Positions 47,417 to 59,600 of a DNA stretch of 64,000 nucleotides are shown here, piece after piece. The stretch is from Novakomyces olei (Eukaryota). The notes beneath the pieces are model-generated. The model saw only the letters and a list, made by a program, of their open reading frames with translations, was not told the origin of the DNA and searched no databases. The position numbers were made by a program, and so were the translations under genes. The stretch is from the NCBI GenBank assembly GCA_016906335.1, contig JADEYG010000009.1, forward strand, positions 992,001 to 1,056,000, given 5' to 3'. Position 1 is the stretch's first letter. Every line of letters begins with the position of its first letter.

Positions 47417-47929
47417 AGGACGCCTTATCTGTTTGTATGTAACTTTGTTTCTGTCGGGGAGTGTGATTTTATTAGCATGCATGGTGGACTTTTTTCTGGT
47501 CATTGCTTTTGGGTTGGGAATTTTAACAGTTTATCTGTTGAGACAAGAAAAGAATCCCGAGTGTAATCTATTTGATTAAGGATGTTTCTTGCCTGTTTGG
47601 GCTGGCATACACTATTTTGATGGCCTTGAGACGTTTTGGCTCGGCCTGGAAGGTAGTTGCATTTGCAGCCAAAGCAAAAGAGACTTTTTTCGTCGAATTA
47701 TTTTACAAGCACAAGGCAATTGAGCGGATGATTGCTTCACATAGTATATAGCATTAATTGATTGAGATTCACAGACTTGTGTCCGAGTCATAGACTGGTA
47801 GCCGGAGTAATGGAATAGTAAAGCCTCGAAAGGTAAAAACGCTTGATGAATTGTCGCTGGCAATGTGCTTGAAAATTGCCTCGGGCCGAGTTTTCTGCAT
47901 TCATGCCAATCAAATAGGCGCTGATTATG

Positions 47930-48115
<186 letters not shown>

Positions 48116-49217
48116 TTTTTTTTTTTATTTTTTTTTTTATTTATTTTCTTATTTTTTTTATTATTTTTATTTTTGGCTATTTGCCACTTATTCTAATTGT
48201 ACGAATAAATGTCTGTATACTATATTTACTTGTTGTGTTCGTCATATTTTTTATTTTGATATTTTCACTCTACTGCTCTTTAGACTAGGTATATTTAAAT
48301 CCTGGGAAGTTGGCTCAAGGGACCCCAGTCTTTGGTTTTGTAAGCAGTAGAGCGCGAAAGGATCGTTTAATATGCAATTGTAAATTCTAGTGGCAATTAA
48401 TAAAGAGTGCCGATTCCTCTGTGTACTGTAGTTTATTTCGGTTCGTTTCAGTACAAACCTTTTTCTCATAACATGCTGCTTTTTCCATTGCTTAATTCGC
48501 GTAATTGACTGCTAATCAAGCGTTAATTAAATTAAACTCATTAAACCATTAATCTATGGATACACGTATTACGCACAGGCACGCACGATCTCCAGTTAAT
48601 TAAATAAAATAATAAAAGAAAGAAAAAAAAGGAATCCGCTAAAAGCCTCCACAGCCAGCGGCGGAGGACGGACGTTTGGCACTCACGCACCAGCAGTCTG
48701 CGGAACAAAACCTTTGGAATCGAGCTTAGAGGCTGTAGAGTGTATTCCAGTCGGGGCTTTGACTCAATTTGGAGTAAAGCACGCGAAAGTTGTGAAACAA
48801 GGTTCGGGGAAGGTTAAGCCGTTCTTTCGTAAACGTCTTCGAGCCAGCACGAATCCTGACCACGCTCTTTAATTACACCAGACGCTTTGCTCGCGTGCTT
48901 GGAATTCCAAGTAATCTTGATCCGGCAGTTTTGGCAGACGAGTCTATATCTCAAGCACAGTGTCTTTTCTGCAATTTCCTGACGTCTCGCGTGACGCCAG
49001 CTGGAGCGTGACCGGCTCACGGGTGAGCCGCGCTACGACGCGCTTAAGAGGTATATTATAACTCGGCAAACTTGCATTGATCTGGCGATAAGTACAGTCT
49101 CGATATTACAGTACCAGTCTCGCACCGTCGGTCTCTAAATTCAGACTATTCAGACTATTCTGATTATTCAGACTATTCCTTGGCAGATCCTTGGCTGATC
49201 AATTTATTGGTTGGCGA

Positions 49218-49307
49218 AATTATCGTTTGGCTAAATTATCGTTTGGCTAAATTATCGTTTGGCTAAATTATCGTTTGCTAAATTATCATTTCCTAAATTA
49301 TCGTTGG
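49218..49307. repeat. 16-bp tandem repeat (AAATTATCGTTTGGCT) x~5-6 upstream of SSD1
   Basis: Visible, slightly degenerate array. Confidence 0.85.
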
Positions 49308-49568
49308 CTCTGATTTATTGGCCACGTCGAGTACTCAAGCGTGTGTCACGCTGTTGAATTCTATCGCGATCAGATCGCTCTCCTCTCCTCGTCTGGTCCG
49401 AGACTATTATCTCCATTTCCGGGGCAGATTGCTAAACCTCTTGTTTGTCTACAAAGCCTTTCTTGCATAACGTTATACAAACGACGTTGATCTACTTGCC
49501 ACTATTCTGCCACTCTCTGTCCGTCGTGTGACTGCCAAATCTCAAAGTCACAAGGCGTAAATTACAGT

Positions 49569-52500
49569 ATGAGTTTCAACGAAGGCAATATGCCTCCGCC
49601 TCAGCCGCCTCAGCAGCAACAGGGCGTCGTTTACCCTCGATACCAGCGCAGCAATCGGCCGCCTTTAAGAATTGCTCATCGGCGCTCACCGTCAGAACTG
49701 ACTCCACTAATGCTGGAACAGTATGCATTGCAGCAGCAAATTGAACTATTACAGCAGCAGCAGCAGTTGCTACAACAACAACAGCAGCAACAAGCAGCTC
49801 AGCAGCAACAACAGCAGCAATCTCAGCATCAGCAAGCTCAGCCTCATCAATTAGGACCTGCTTTTGCTCCGACTTCTTCGCTTGGATCTTCAGGAAGTTT
49901 TGTCGGAGTCTTTGATGGGATGGGAATCCCTAACGGCAATCAAGGTCCTGCAGGCCATCGCAGAGGCCAGAGTATAGGCCGGTCCCAGTCTCCCTCTCGT
50001 GCTACTGGCGGCAGCTTGAGCCACGGGTACTCTACATCTCAGTCTCAGCCTCCTCAGCGGTGGACTGGTGGATCTGGTCATTCACGGAGGCACAGTCTCG
50101 TACTGTCGGAGGCTAAAAGAGCCGCTGAGCTGGCACAGGCTCAGAGGAATCTGCAAAACCCACAGAGCCCTCGTCAGGCTCCGAGCAGTACTGCCAATGC
50201 TAGTACTAGTAGTAATACTAATGCTAGTACTAGTAGTAATACTAATGCTAGTACTAGTAGTAATACTAATGCTAATACTAATACTAGTACTAGTACTAGT
50301 ACTAGTGCTAATACTAACACTAATACTAGTGCTAATACTAATACTAGTGCCCTACCCAGCTGGCACCTGCAGCAGCCTTCTGATGGAGGAAGCGAGTCTT
50401 CTGCAGCAGCTGCTAGAGAAGGCTCTCCTCCACGGAGATCCGGGTACATTCCTACGCCGAGCCATGGCAGGAGCGCCTCTCAGGGAGGAGGCAGTTTCAA
50501 GTTCCCTCTTTCCCCGAGTTCGTCAGCGCAAAGATCGCACTTGAACCCTCCTGCCCAAGGGTTCCATGAGCGAAGGCAGTCGCAAGGCCGAGGCGGTCGG
50601 AGCAGTATAAACAACAAAAGCAGCTCCTCGAGCTATATGAATAATGGCAGCAGCAATACCAACTATGGCAGCAATTTTGGCAACAGTTTTGCTGGCAACT
50701 TTGCCGAGCAAGGTTCGGGTATAAGCAGCTCCACTACTGGCGGAGGCCATTGGCGAGGCAATTCTATCGGCCATGCGAGGTCAGCGTCGCAGACGCAGGG
50801 CGGCAGTAGTGAGCAATCGACCTTCCAGCCGGGCCACAGACCACGTGGGTCTTACAGCAGTTCTATAGGCGGTGGATCTATTTCTATTTCGCAGTTTATG
50901 AGCTCTAATCCTCAGTTTGCGGGTATGCCGGGTGGAGTAATGCCGCTGCAGCTAAACACTGCCGGATTCCAGGGCCCGATCTCTGGTCCAGGACCAATGT
51001 CTGGGCCGATAGGAGCCGGAGGAGCTGCTGCGCCCTTGATGTCTCCTCAGATTATGCAGCAGCAGCAGCTACAGCATCTGAGCCAGGCTAATCAGGCACA
51101 GAGAAAAAGCCTCTATGCTCCGTACCTTCCGCAGGTAACTCTGCCGCCTCTTTTAGCGGATGGACGGCTCGTCTCTGGGATTCTGAGGGTCAACAAGAAG
51201 AACAGGTCAGATGCGTATGTCACCACAGACTTGCTGGACCATGAGATTTTCATTTGCGGATCAAAAGACCGTAATCGCGCTCTTGGTGGGGACCTTGTAG
51301 CGGTTGAGCTGCTGGACGTTGACGAAGTTTGGGGCTCTAAGCGTGAAAAAGAGGAGAAAAAGAAGCGCAAAGACGGAGGCGGCCTGGGCGGAGGCAGTTC
51401 GACGCTGGCCGGTAGCAGCAGCAGCAGCCTTCCACCGGCCTCTGGCTCTTCAGGCTCCGGCCTGAGACGCCAGGGCAGTATTCGGGACAGACCAGAGGCG
51501 AAGAAGAAGGACGATATTGAAGTGGAAGGGCAGAGCCTTATGCTGGCGGACGAAGAGGAGGTCAGTGACGAGCAGAAACCGGTCTACGCTGGCCATATTG
51601 TGGCAGTAATCGAACGCGTTCCTGGCCAAATGTTTTCAGGAACACTGGGACTCCTTCGGCCGTCGAGTGCAGTTACAAGAGAAAAGCAGGAGGCAGAGAG
51701 ACGTGAGAAAGAAGGAGGAGGCAGTGGAGTAAGTACAGCCGAAGCTTCAGCCGTACCTGAGCCGAAAAGATTTGCAGAGAGGCCCAAGATTGTATGGTTC
51801 AAGCCTACAAACAAGCGAGTTCCGCTGATAGCTATCCCAACAGAACAGGCGCCAAAAGACTTTGTAGAGATGCATGCAAAGTATGCAAATCGGCTCTTTG
51901 TAGCGTCAATTAAGCGCTGGCCAATAACGTCACTGCACCCCTTTGGCACTCTGGTCGAGGAGCTTGGGGATATAGGCAATATTGCAGTGGAGAATGAGGC
52001 AATCCTGAGAGACAATTCCTTTGCCGGAGACGAGTTTGCCGACGCAGTTTGCCGAAGCGTTCCTGCTCTCGAAGCCGGAGAAGTAGTGACAGAGGCAGAC
52101 GTTTGTGCTCGTGACGATTTCCGTCAAGAGTTTACCTTTAGCATAAGCGCCTCTGCCGACTCTGTACCCGTTGCTGTTCATGTAAAACCAAACGCTGAGC
52201 TCGACGGCCATGTCGATGTCGGTGTCCACGTGGCAGATATTGCCCACTATGTACGTCCAGGATCAGTGGCCGATCGAGAAGCTCGTAAACGTGGAACTGC
52301 CGTTTTCCTTATCGACCGCAGTGTTGCCCTTTTCCCTCGAGAGATTACTCACTCGCTGGCCAGTCTAAAGCCTGGCGAAGACCATCTCTCTCTCAGCGTT
52401 GTTCTTACCTGTAATCCTGCCAATGGGGATATTGTAAGGACTCTGTTTTCCACTGGCGTAGTGCGGTCTGATGCTGCTCTTTGCCTGGACTCTGTCGCAG

Positions 52501-54305
52501 CTATACTCGACGGCGAAGGAGAAGGAGACGAAGGTAATGGAGACAGAGAAGACAGAGACGAAGACAGAGAAGACAAAGACAAAGACAAAGACAAAGACAA
52601 AGACAAAGACAAAGACAAAGACAAAGACAAAGGCAAAGACAAAGGCAAAGACAAAGACAAAGGCAAAGACAACATCCCCGGTCTCGTTCTGGGCGGAGAC
52701 TCCTTACAGACGGTACTGCCACAGCTGAAATCAAAACTGCAGCTGCTTGATAAGCTGACTATGCGAATGAGGGAGCAAAGAGTCGCTGGTCCTGTTCGAG
52801 CAGAAGGCCTTCGTCTCCTTTTCCTGTCGGACGACGAGGACGAGCAGCCGAGTGTAGTTGGCAGCATTTTCAATCCTCAACGGTACCGCAATATCACAGA
52901 GGAGATTGAGATTGCAGCAAACTTGGCTGTCGCTCAACGGCTGTCCCAAGATCTGCCAGAGGAGGCACTTTTACGGAAACAGAATCCTCCGTTCCAGTAC
53001 AGAATGGACGCGTTTACTGCTCGAATGAAACGGCTCCGGTTCCCTGCCGACAGCAGCTCTGGCGGAGCCATCGAGTCCTCCATCTACCAGATCCCAGACG
53101 AAAGTATCCGACGCGTTATGGAAGTAGGGCTCTCCAAGATTGTGCCGAGAGCAGAGTACTTTGTTGCCGCCGAGTACGATTCCTCACAGTGGTCACATTA
53201 CAGTATAAATACGCCCGTTTACACTCATTTTGTGGCCCCGTTCAGACGGTATGCCGATGTTGTTGTCCACAGACAGCTCCGGGCTGCCTTTGATCTCGGC
53301 ACTGCTTCTTCTTCTTTTTCTACTGGTACTACTACTGGTACTACTGCTTCTACTACTAATGCTACTAATGCTTCTACTACTAATGCTCCTACTGCTCCTA
53401 CTACTTCTTCTTCTTTTGCTCCTACTACTTCCTCTTCTTTTGCTCCTTCTTCTTCTTTTGCTCCTTCTTCTTCTGTTTCGCCTCCGCCTCCTCTTCAGCC
53501 CTCGTTGCCGCAGCAGTCGGCTGCGGCAACAGAGGACGTCGAGTCCCTGATCAAGCTGACGGACCAGCTAAACTACAAAAAAGACTCGGCCATGAATGCG
53601 CAAGAGCAGAGCATCCACCTGCACTTGTGCTCTATGATTGCAATGTTCTCTCAAACGGCAAAGCCGATTATCAGAAATGCGGTAGTGCACACTTGCCAGG
53701 ACTCGTCGTTTGACGTGTTTGTCTCAGAGTACGGGATTGAGAAACGTGTCCATTTGGACCAACTGCCACTGGAAAAGGCCGAGTATGATAGCCGGAATCG
53801 TGTGCTCGAGCTGTACTGGATGAGGGGCGTAGACCCGCTCACGTACGTTCCCCCTGGAACAGAGAGACCGTGGCAGTTCAAGTTTGGGTCAGCGTCAGAG
53901 GCCGATGAGCTGCACAGTACAATGATGGAGATTAGCGCTCTTTCTCTCTCGGAGGGAACCGGAACCAGAACCGGAGCCGGAGCCGATTCAGCGGGTAAAG
54001 GCAGTCAGCCTGCTACTGCTGTGCCTGTTGTCCACGCTTCGCAGAGCGCTCCGGCTTCTCCCGTAGTCAAAGCGAAATCGCCAAACTCGAAATCGGAGCC
54101 GGTGAGCCCTCACACGGATCTTTTGGCCTCTGAAATGCTGTTTGCTATCCCCAACGACAGATTGCAAGTACGCGAGAATGGGCAGTTTGTTCAGATAGTC
54201 AAAGAGCTGGATACACTGCCGATTATCTTAAGAGCTGAAGTCGAGTTTCATTCTCCCGCACTTTGTGTCGCAAAACCAATCAACCCGTTCCTCGCTGCCA
54301 AGTGA
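49569..54305 (+). CDS. SSD1: Ssd1/Sts5 RNB-family RNA-binding pseudonuclease
   Basis: IAHRRSPSELTPLMLEQ, RKSLYAPYLPQ, GILRVNKKNRSDAYV, ICGSKDRNRAL, KPTNKRVPLIAIPTEQAP, YTHFVAPFRRYADVVVHRQL. Confidence 0.95.
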   Translation: MSFNEGNMPPPQPPQQQQGVVYPRYQRSNRPPLRIAHRRSPSELTPLMLEQYALQQQIELLQQQQQLLQQQQQQQAAQQQQQQQSQHQQAQPHQLGPAFAPTSSLGSSGSFVGVFDGMGIPNGNQGPAGHRRGQSIGRSQSPSRATGGSLSHGYSTSQSQPPQRWTGGSGHSRRHSLVLSEAKRAAELAQAQRNLQNPQSPRQAPSSTANASTSSNTNASTSSNTNASTSSNTNANTNTSTSTSTSANTNTNTSANTNTSALPSWHLQQPSDGGSESSAAAAREGSPPRRSGYIPTPSHGRSASQGGGSFKFPLSPSSSAQRSHLNPPAQGFHERRQSQGRGGRSSINNKSSSSSYMNNGSSNTNYGSNFGNSFAGNFAEQGSGISSSTTGGGHWRGNSIGHARSASQTQGGSSEQSTFQPGHRPRGSYSSSIGGGSISISQFMSSNPQFAGMPGGVMPLQLNTAGFQGPISGPGPMSGPIGAGGAAAPLMSPQIMQQQQLQHLSQANQAQRKSLYAPYLPQVTLPPLLADGRLVSGILRVNKKNRSDAYVTTDLLDHEIFICGSKDRNRALGGDLVAVELLDVDEVWGSKREKEEKKKRKDGGGLGGGSSTLAGSSSSSLPPASGSSGSGLRRQGSIRDRPEAKKKDDIEVEGQSLMLADEEEVSDEQKPVYAGHIVAVIERVPGQMFSGTLGLLRPSSAVTREKQEAERREKEGGGSGVSTAEASAVPEPKRFAERPKIVWFKPTNKRVPLIAIPTEQAPKDFVEMHAKYANRLFVASIKRWPITSLHPFGTLVEELGDIGNIAVENEAILRDNSFAGDEFADAVCRSVPALEAGEVVTEADVCARDDFRQEFTFSISASADSVPVAVHVKPNAELDGHVDVGVHVADIAHYVRPGSVADREARKRGTAVFLIDRSVALFPREITHSLASLKPGEDHLSLSVVLTCNPANGDIVRTLFSTGVVRSDAALCLDSVAAILDGEGEGDEGNGDREDRDEDREDKDKDKDKDKDKDKDKDKDKGKDKGKDKDKGKDNIPGLVLGGDSLQTVLPQLKSKLQLLDKLTMRMREQRVAGPVRAEGLRLLFLSDDEDEQPSVVGSIFNPQRYRNITEEIEIAANLAVAQRLSQDLPEEALLRKQNPPFQYRMDAFTARMKRLRFPADSSSGGAIESSIYQIPDESIRRVMEVGLSKIVPRAEYFVAAEYDSSQWSHYSINTPVYTHFVAPFRRYADVVVHRQLRAAFDLGTASSSFSTGTTTGTTASTTNATNASTTNAPTAPTTSSSFAPTTSSSFAPSSSFAPSSSVSPPPPLQPSLPQQSAAATEDVESLIKLTDQLNYKKDSAMNAQEQSIHLHLCSMIAMFSQTAKPIIRNAVVHTCQDSSFDVFVSEYGIEKRVHLDQLPLEKAEYDSRNRVLELYWMRGVDPLTYVPPGTERPWQFKFGSASEADELHSTMMEISALSLSEGTGTRTGAGADSAGKGSQPATAVPVVHASQSAPASPVVKAKSPNSKSEPVSPHTDLLASEMLFAIPNDRLQVRENGQFVQIVKELDTLPIILRAEVEFHSPALCVAKPINPFLAAK
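52572..52670. repeat. (GACAAA)n coding repeat encoding Asp-Lys inside the Ssd1 RNB domain
   Basis: Hexamer array with GGCAAA variants. Confidence 0.95.
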
Positions 54306-55287
54306 GGTGGTGTGCTGCCCAGTAAAACTCGTACTGCCAAATAAAACTCTTGAAAAGCTGTAAAGAAATATATTAAAAAAAGAACTTTTCAAAACCAAAA
54401 ATAAAAAAAAAGGAGGAGGAGGAGGAGGAGGGAGGAGGAGGAGGAATTAGTTTTAGCTTGTTCCAAGCTGAGAACAGCTTGTTCAAGCTGAAAGCACCTT
54501 TAAAGTTCCAAACTTTAGGCACAGGAAGGGGCATTGAAGGTGGCAGAGGGGGTAAGCGGACAACAGATTACTTACGCTGCCTCGGCGAGGCAGTCTCAAG
54601 AATTTTCCCGAGTGAAAGCTGCAGCTTTTTGATGTTTTGTCTGGATGATTTATTTCTACCCGAATTTCTAGTTTCCTTGTCTCTTTATTCCTCACGGTGC
54701 GACGAAATGACCAATTTTGTTTATTTAAATTTTTTTATTCCAGAGTTGATTCAAATAATTAACTCCGTTTTGCATGAATCCCGCCCGATCTTCCAGATTA
54801 GACTGTCTAGATAAATGTTTTAGTGTTTTATTCGTAATCTATTCTAATGGCTCATTTTCCATTTGACCGCTGTCTGCAGACTCGTGTCCATTACTTTTTC
54901 GGACGTTTATCTATCACTATTCCGAGTTGAATTCCACTGGTTTCGTCTAAAACTCGTGGATTCTGCTCAGCATAGTATATTTTCATCATATTAATTTCCA
55001 TGGAAACTGCCTCAGTGCGCGATTTTATTGGCAGCCAAATTAAACCCCTCTCCGTCCAGACTGTTATGTAACGACAAGGGACAAGTGCAGGCCTACATGA
55101 AACACTGCTAGCCTACTTTACACGTCCCCGCAGCGGCACTAGTGGAACAAAAAATCAAAATCAAAATCAAAATAATACAAATCAAAATAATCAAAAAAAT
55201 AAATAATAATAAATAATAAATAATTAAAATAATATACAAGAAAACAACCCCAGAGTCAAGAGCAGCATAAAGGCAACCACCCCATCG

Positions 55288-56061
55288 ATGCTTGTCGCTA
55301 GTTTTGCACGGGCAATCTTGTTGTGGTGGCCATGCCTAGTCACAGCAACGCAGTCAGATCTATACAAGATGGTGGTTCACGAGTACGAGATGGAGTGCTA
55401 TGGCTACGCGACTCAGCGCACATTTTCCCTCTATGTTGAGGAGAAGAAGCACCCAGTAATTGCCGCTGCCAATCATCTGCTGGTCGGTCGAGCGGGTGCG
55501 GAGCCGACACAGTTCCGATTAATGCACAGTAAACTGTCACTCTTCCCTATCCCAGTGCACGAGTCTCCTACTGCCGGCAGCGGCACTGGCGGCAATTCTA
55601 CTATAGAAAAGCCGAGGCCGGAAAACGCGGCCCAAAGTTACGAGGCAGTCGCGGTGGATATAACGGCAGAGCAAAGCGGGTTGGGCCAGTACCTCTATAT
55701 TCCAACATTCGATCCGCTCCAGAACCACAGCTGGACGGAGACTGGGCCGAGTGCGGATTACAGCAACACTGTTCAGCTCCTCAACGCTCGCAGCTGCGAC
55801 GAGGCAACTGGGCCAAATCGTGACCCGTACCTCGTCTTCAATTGGCTCACAGACAGCACTTTTGTCTGCGAGTCAAATGTGCCACGACTGCAGGCCAATG
55901 CGGATCTTTTGCAGTTACCGCCCGTGCTTATTATTGGATGGGGGAACAGAAAAATATGGAAAAGCCCTCGACTGCCTCGAGGCTGCCGCGCTGCTCGCCT
56001 GTACCTCACATTCCACGATGATCTGGCGTGGCCCTGGCGCGTTTGTAAGACTGATATTTAA
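55288..56061 (+). CDS. Putative secreted/cell-wall protein of unknown function
   Basis: 257-aa ORF with a hydrophobic N-terminal signal-like segment, NST/NHS sequons and C-terminal FVC..GC..ARL cysteine pattern. Confidence 0.6.
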   Translation: MLVASFARAILLWWPCLVTATQSDLYKMVVHEYEMECYGYATQRTFSLYVEEKKHPVIAAANHLLVGRAGAEPTQFRLMHSKLSLFPIPVHESPTAGSGTGGNSTIEKPRPENAAQSYEAVAVDITAEQSGLGQYLYIPTFDPLQNHSWTETGPSADYSNTVQLLNARSCDEATGPNRDPYLVFNWLTDSTFVCESNVPRLQANADLLQLPPVLIIGWGNRKIWKSPRLPRGCRAARLYLTFHDDLAWPWRVCKTDI

Positions 56062-56091
56062 TCGTGGTTATCATTAATAAATTAATATATA

Positions 56092-56212
56092 AATAATAAA
56101 TAATAAATAATAAATAATAAATAATAAATAATAAATAATAAATAATAAATAATAAATAATAAATAATAAATAATAAATAATAAATAATAAATAATAAATA
56201 ATAAATAATAAA
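56092..56212. repeat. (AATAATA)~17 heptanucleotide repeat
   Basis: Perfect tandem array just after the stop codon of the secreted protein. Confidence 0.95.
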
Positions 56213-56608
56213 TTTATTTATTTTTATATTTGGTGGGCGTATTAAATATAAAAAGAGCGCGCTTTCTGCCATTAATTGCCATAAATTGAACAAATCGCGA
56301 TAAAGGAGATTTGCAGACACAAGCCTGGAACTGCTATCTGACGAGACATTCTTTCGTCCAGAATCGTATGCGTCTACTTAACAGGAACAGTTTGTATATA
56401 AGCTGTTTATATTGTACTCAAAAATACCAAAGATGTAATGCTGGGGTAAAGAGGTTTTATTGCAAGATTTTATATAAAAGAAAAATAACAATATTACATA
56501 TAAAAGAAAAATACATTACAAGTGTAGATAAGCATAACTGGTACAGATCATTTCAGGGTGATAAATAAAATTATTTATTCGTGCGCAAACTTATCAAAAG
56601 CCCATAAA

Positions 56609-59600
56609 ATGCACAACATTAGCATACTCGGACATGAGACAGTCTTGGAGTATGCGGACGATATCGCAGCAGTCTCGTTTGAAGGCGGATCGCGATCGCT
56701 GCTTATAGCGCGTGGGAATGGTCGCGAGTTTCGGCTGGAGAGAATCAACGTATGATCAAAGACGATTATGATTAATTTCGACAAAATTTGTTTTATTTTA
56801 TTTTTAATTTTTAATTCTTCCTTTGGTTCTCGTTTTCGTTTCCGTTTATTTATATTTTCTAGCCTGTCTATTTGTTTTTTATTAATTGTTTATTTCGTAA
56901 TTTATTTTTTTTATTTAATTATTGTCTTGTTTCCAACATTTGACTAATGCTAGCCCGGTGGAGAAAGGATACGGCTATCAGAGTTTAGCAGTACTGCTTC
57001 ATCGACTGAGAGCACAGCAGACGCAATTATCAGCCTTAAATCCGTAGCTGAAACGGGTCAAATTAGCATAGTTCTCTCGGGCGGTGACATCATTGTTGTG
57101 AACGAGGACGATGAAGGGGCGGTGGAGTACATTGGTTCCGTAGACGAAGGAATCGATGCGGCTGATTGGTCGCCGGACGAGCAGCTGCTCGTTCTGGCCA
57201 CTAAAGCGGACACGCTAATCTTTATGACTGCCCATTTCCAAGTATTGCACACGGTCCCCGTGAAAGTTTCTGACGACGATTTAATTCTACAAAAGCAGGT
57301 CAGTGTTGGATGGGGACGAGCAGAGACACAGTTCCGTGGAAAGCACGCTCGAGCAGCAGCAGCTGCTGCTGCTGCTGCTTCAGGTCCACGTGATCCAACA
57401 CTGCCGACGAGTATAGATGAGGGAACTTTAAGCGAGGCAGACGATAGGGCTGTTCGCCTTAGCTGGCGAGGCGACGGAGCCTGTTTTGCTCTCTCTCGTA
57501 TTGAAAACGGGCGGAGGGCAATTCGAGTGTACTCACGCACCTCTGAGCTTGACAGTATAAGCGAGCCAGTAAACGGGCAGGAAGGCGCTCTCGCTTACGC
57601 TCCCAACGGCTCGCTTATCGCTACAGTTAAGCGAGACGTAGATCAACAGCAGATCATTTTCTTTGAACGAAACGGGCTACGCCATGGCGAATTTGATCTC
57701 GGGGCAGTGACTGCCGTTCGGCAATTGGCTTTTACAGCCGACAGCAGAGCCCTGCTTGTAGTATTAGAGGACTCAGTGCAAGTCTGGGTGCGCAGCAATT
57801 ATCATTGGTACTTGAAGCAGGAACTTTCTACGCTTGACCAGAGCGGAACCCGTGCCCTTATCCACCCTGAACAAGGATCCGTATTGGCGCTGTGGACGGC
57901 GGAGTCGGTGCAGCTGTTTCAATTGGGCACACAGGTATACCGTCAGCAGCAGGAGCAGAATATAAATAAAAAGATGGAAAATAAAATGATGGAAAATGAA
58001 ATTATGGAAAATAAAATGATGGAAAATAAAATTATAAAAAATAAAAATACTGATAGTGATCTCGATCTGGGACTAGTAGCGGTCGTGGACGGCCGCCAAC
58101 TGCTGCTGACACCTCTGGCAACTGCCAATGTGCCACCGCCAATGTCGCTGGCTCAAGTGGAAACGAGCTCTGTTCCGCGCACAGTGGCAGTCTCGTCTCA
58201 GTATATTGCCGCCGTTGGAGACTCGGTTGTCGATGTCTTTGAATGGACTGCCAAGGGACCATTATTGAAGTTTTCCCTTGATTACAAGGACCAGTACATC
58301 TCCGAGTTTGCCGTTCGATCGGCCACTTTTATTGGGAAAAGTGTAGAAAACGGCAGCGGTAGAGGGAACGGAGACAAATCCGCTCCGGAAGCTCTTATTA
58401 TCGCCTGTCAGGAGGGAAACTTGCTGGTGCTTGATGTCGACAGTCAGACGGTAGAGGTCTGTTTGATCCAGCACGGTATAACTGACGTTTGCCACATTGC
58501 TCGAGTCATGGGGACAAGCAGCGAGTTTATTATCGCTGGCAGGACTGGCAGTTTAGCCTCTGCTGATCTTGCTGACCAATCTGCCAGGATCCTTCCTTTC
58601 AAACACGCCGGCATTATGGCTGTTCAGGCCTGCAGAGTTGGAGAGCAATTGCTCACTTTTACCCAATGCGCAGGCGGCCGATTGTTTGCCAATGACCGGC
58701 TATTAACAAACTCTAGTACTTCGTTTATGGCCACTTTAAACCACCTAATTTTTACTACGGCCCAGCATTTTGCCAAAATTGTGGTTTTACAGCCTTCAGT
58801 ATCGGACCTGCACGTGCCTGACGATGAGGCAGCGGGCCGGCTCGATGAGAGAGCCAGATCGGTCGAACGAGGATCTAGGATTATCATGATTTGCCCTTCT
58901 CAGCGTAGTCTGGTCCTGCAACAGGGCCGTGGCAATTTAGAGACTGTCTACCCACGGGCACTAGTGCTCGAGGGAATACGAGAAAATATACGAAATTCAC
59001 AGTACCGTGAAGCGTTCCTGGCCTGCCGGACTCACCGAATCGATATGAATATACTACACGACTACGATCCCGAGCGGTTCGCTGCCAATATCGACTTTTT
59101 TGTCAATCAGTTGGAGACACCGGATAATTTAGACCTTTTTATCTCGTCATTAAAGTACGTGTTTATCTACTTTTTCATTTATTATCTATTTTTCCATTTA
59201 TTATTTATTTTTCATTCATTGTCTATTTTTTCATTTATTATCTATTTTTTCATTTATTGTTTATTTTTCCATTTATTATTTATTTTTCATTCATTGTCTA
59301 TTTTTTCATTTATTATCTATTTTTTCATTCATTGTCTATTTTTTCATTTATTATCTATTTTTTCATTTATTATCTATTTTTTCATTTATTATTTATTTTT
59401 CATTTATTATGTGTAATAAATCTAACGCCAGACCGGAAAACGTCACACTTACGCGATATCCCGACCACCGGGCGGCGAGTACGAGTGCGCAGGACCAATT
59501 CCCAGCGGCAAAAGTCAACGGCATAACCGACTCTCTTATCCAGTGTCTCGAGTCGGAGCACAAAACGACGCATGAGAAATCAATAATCACCTGTTACATG

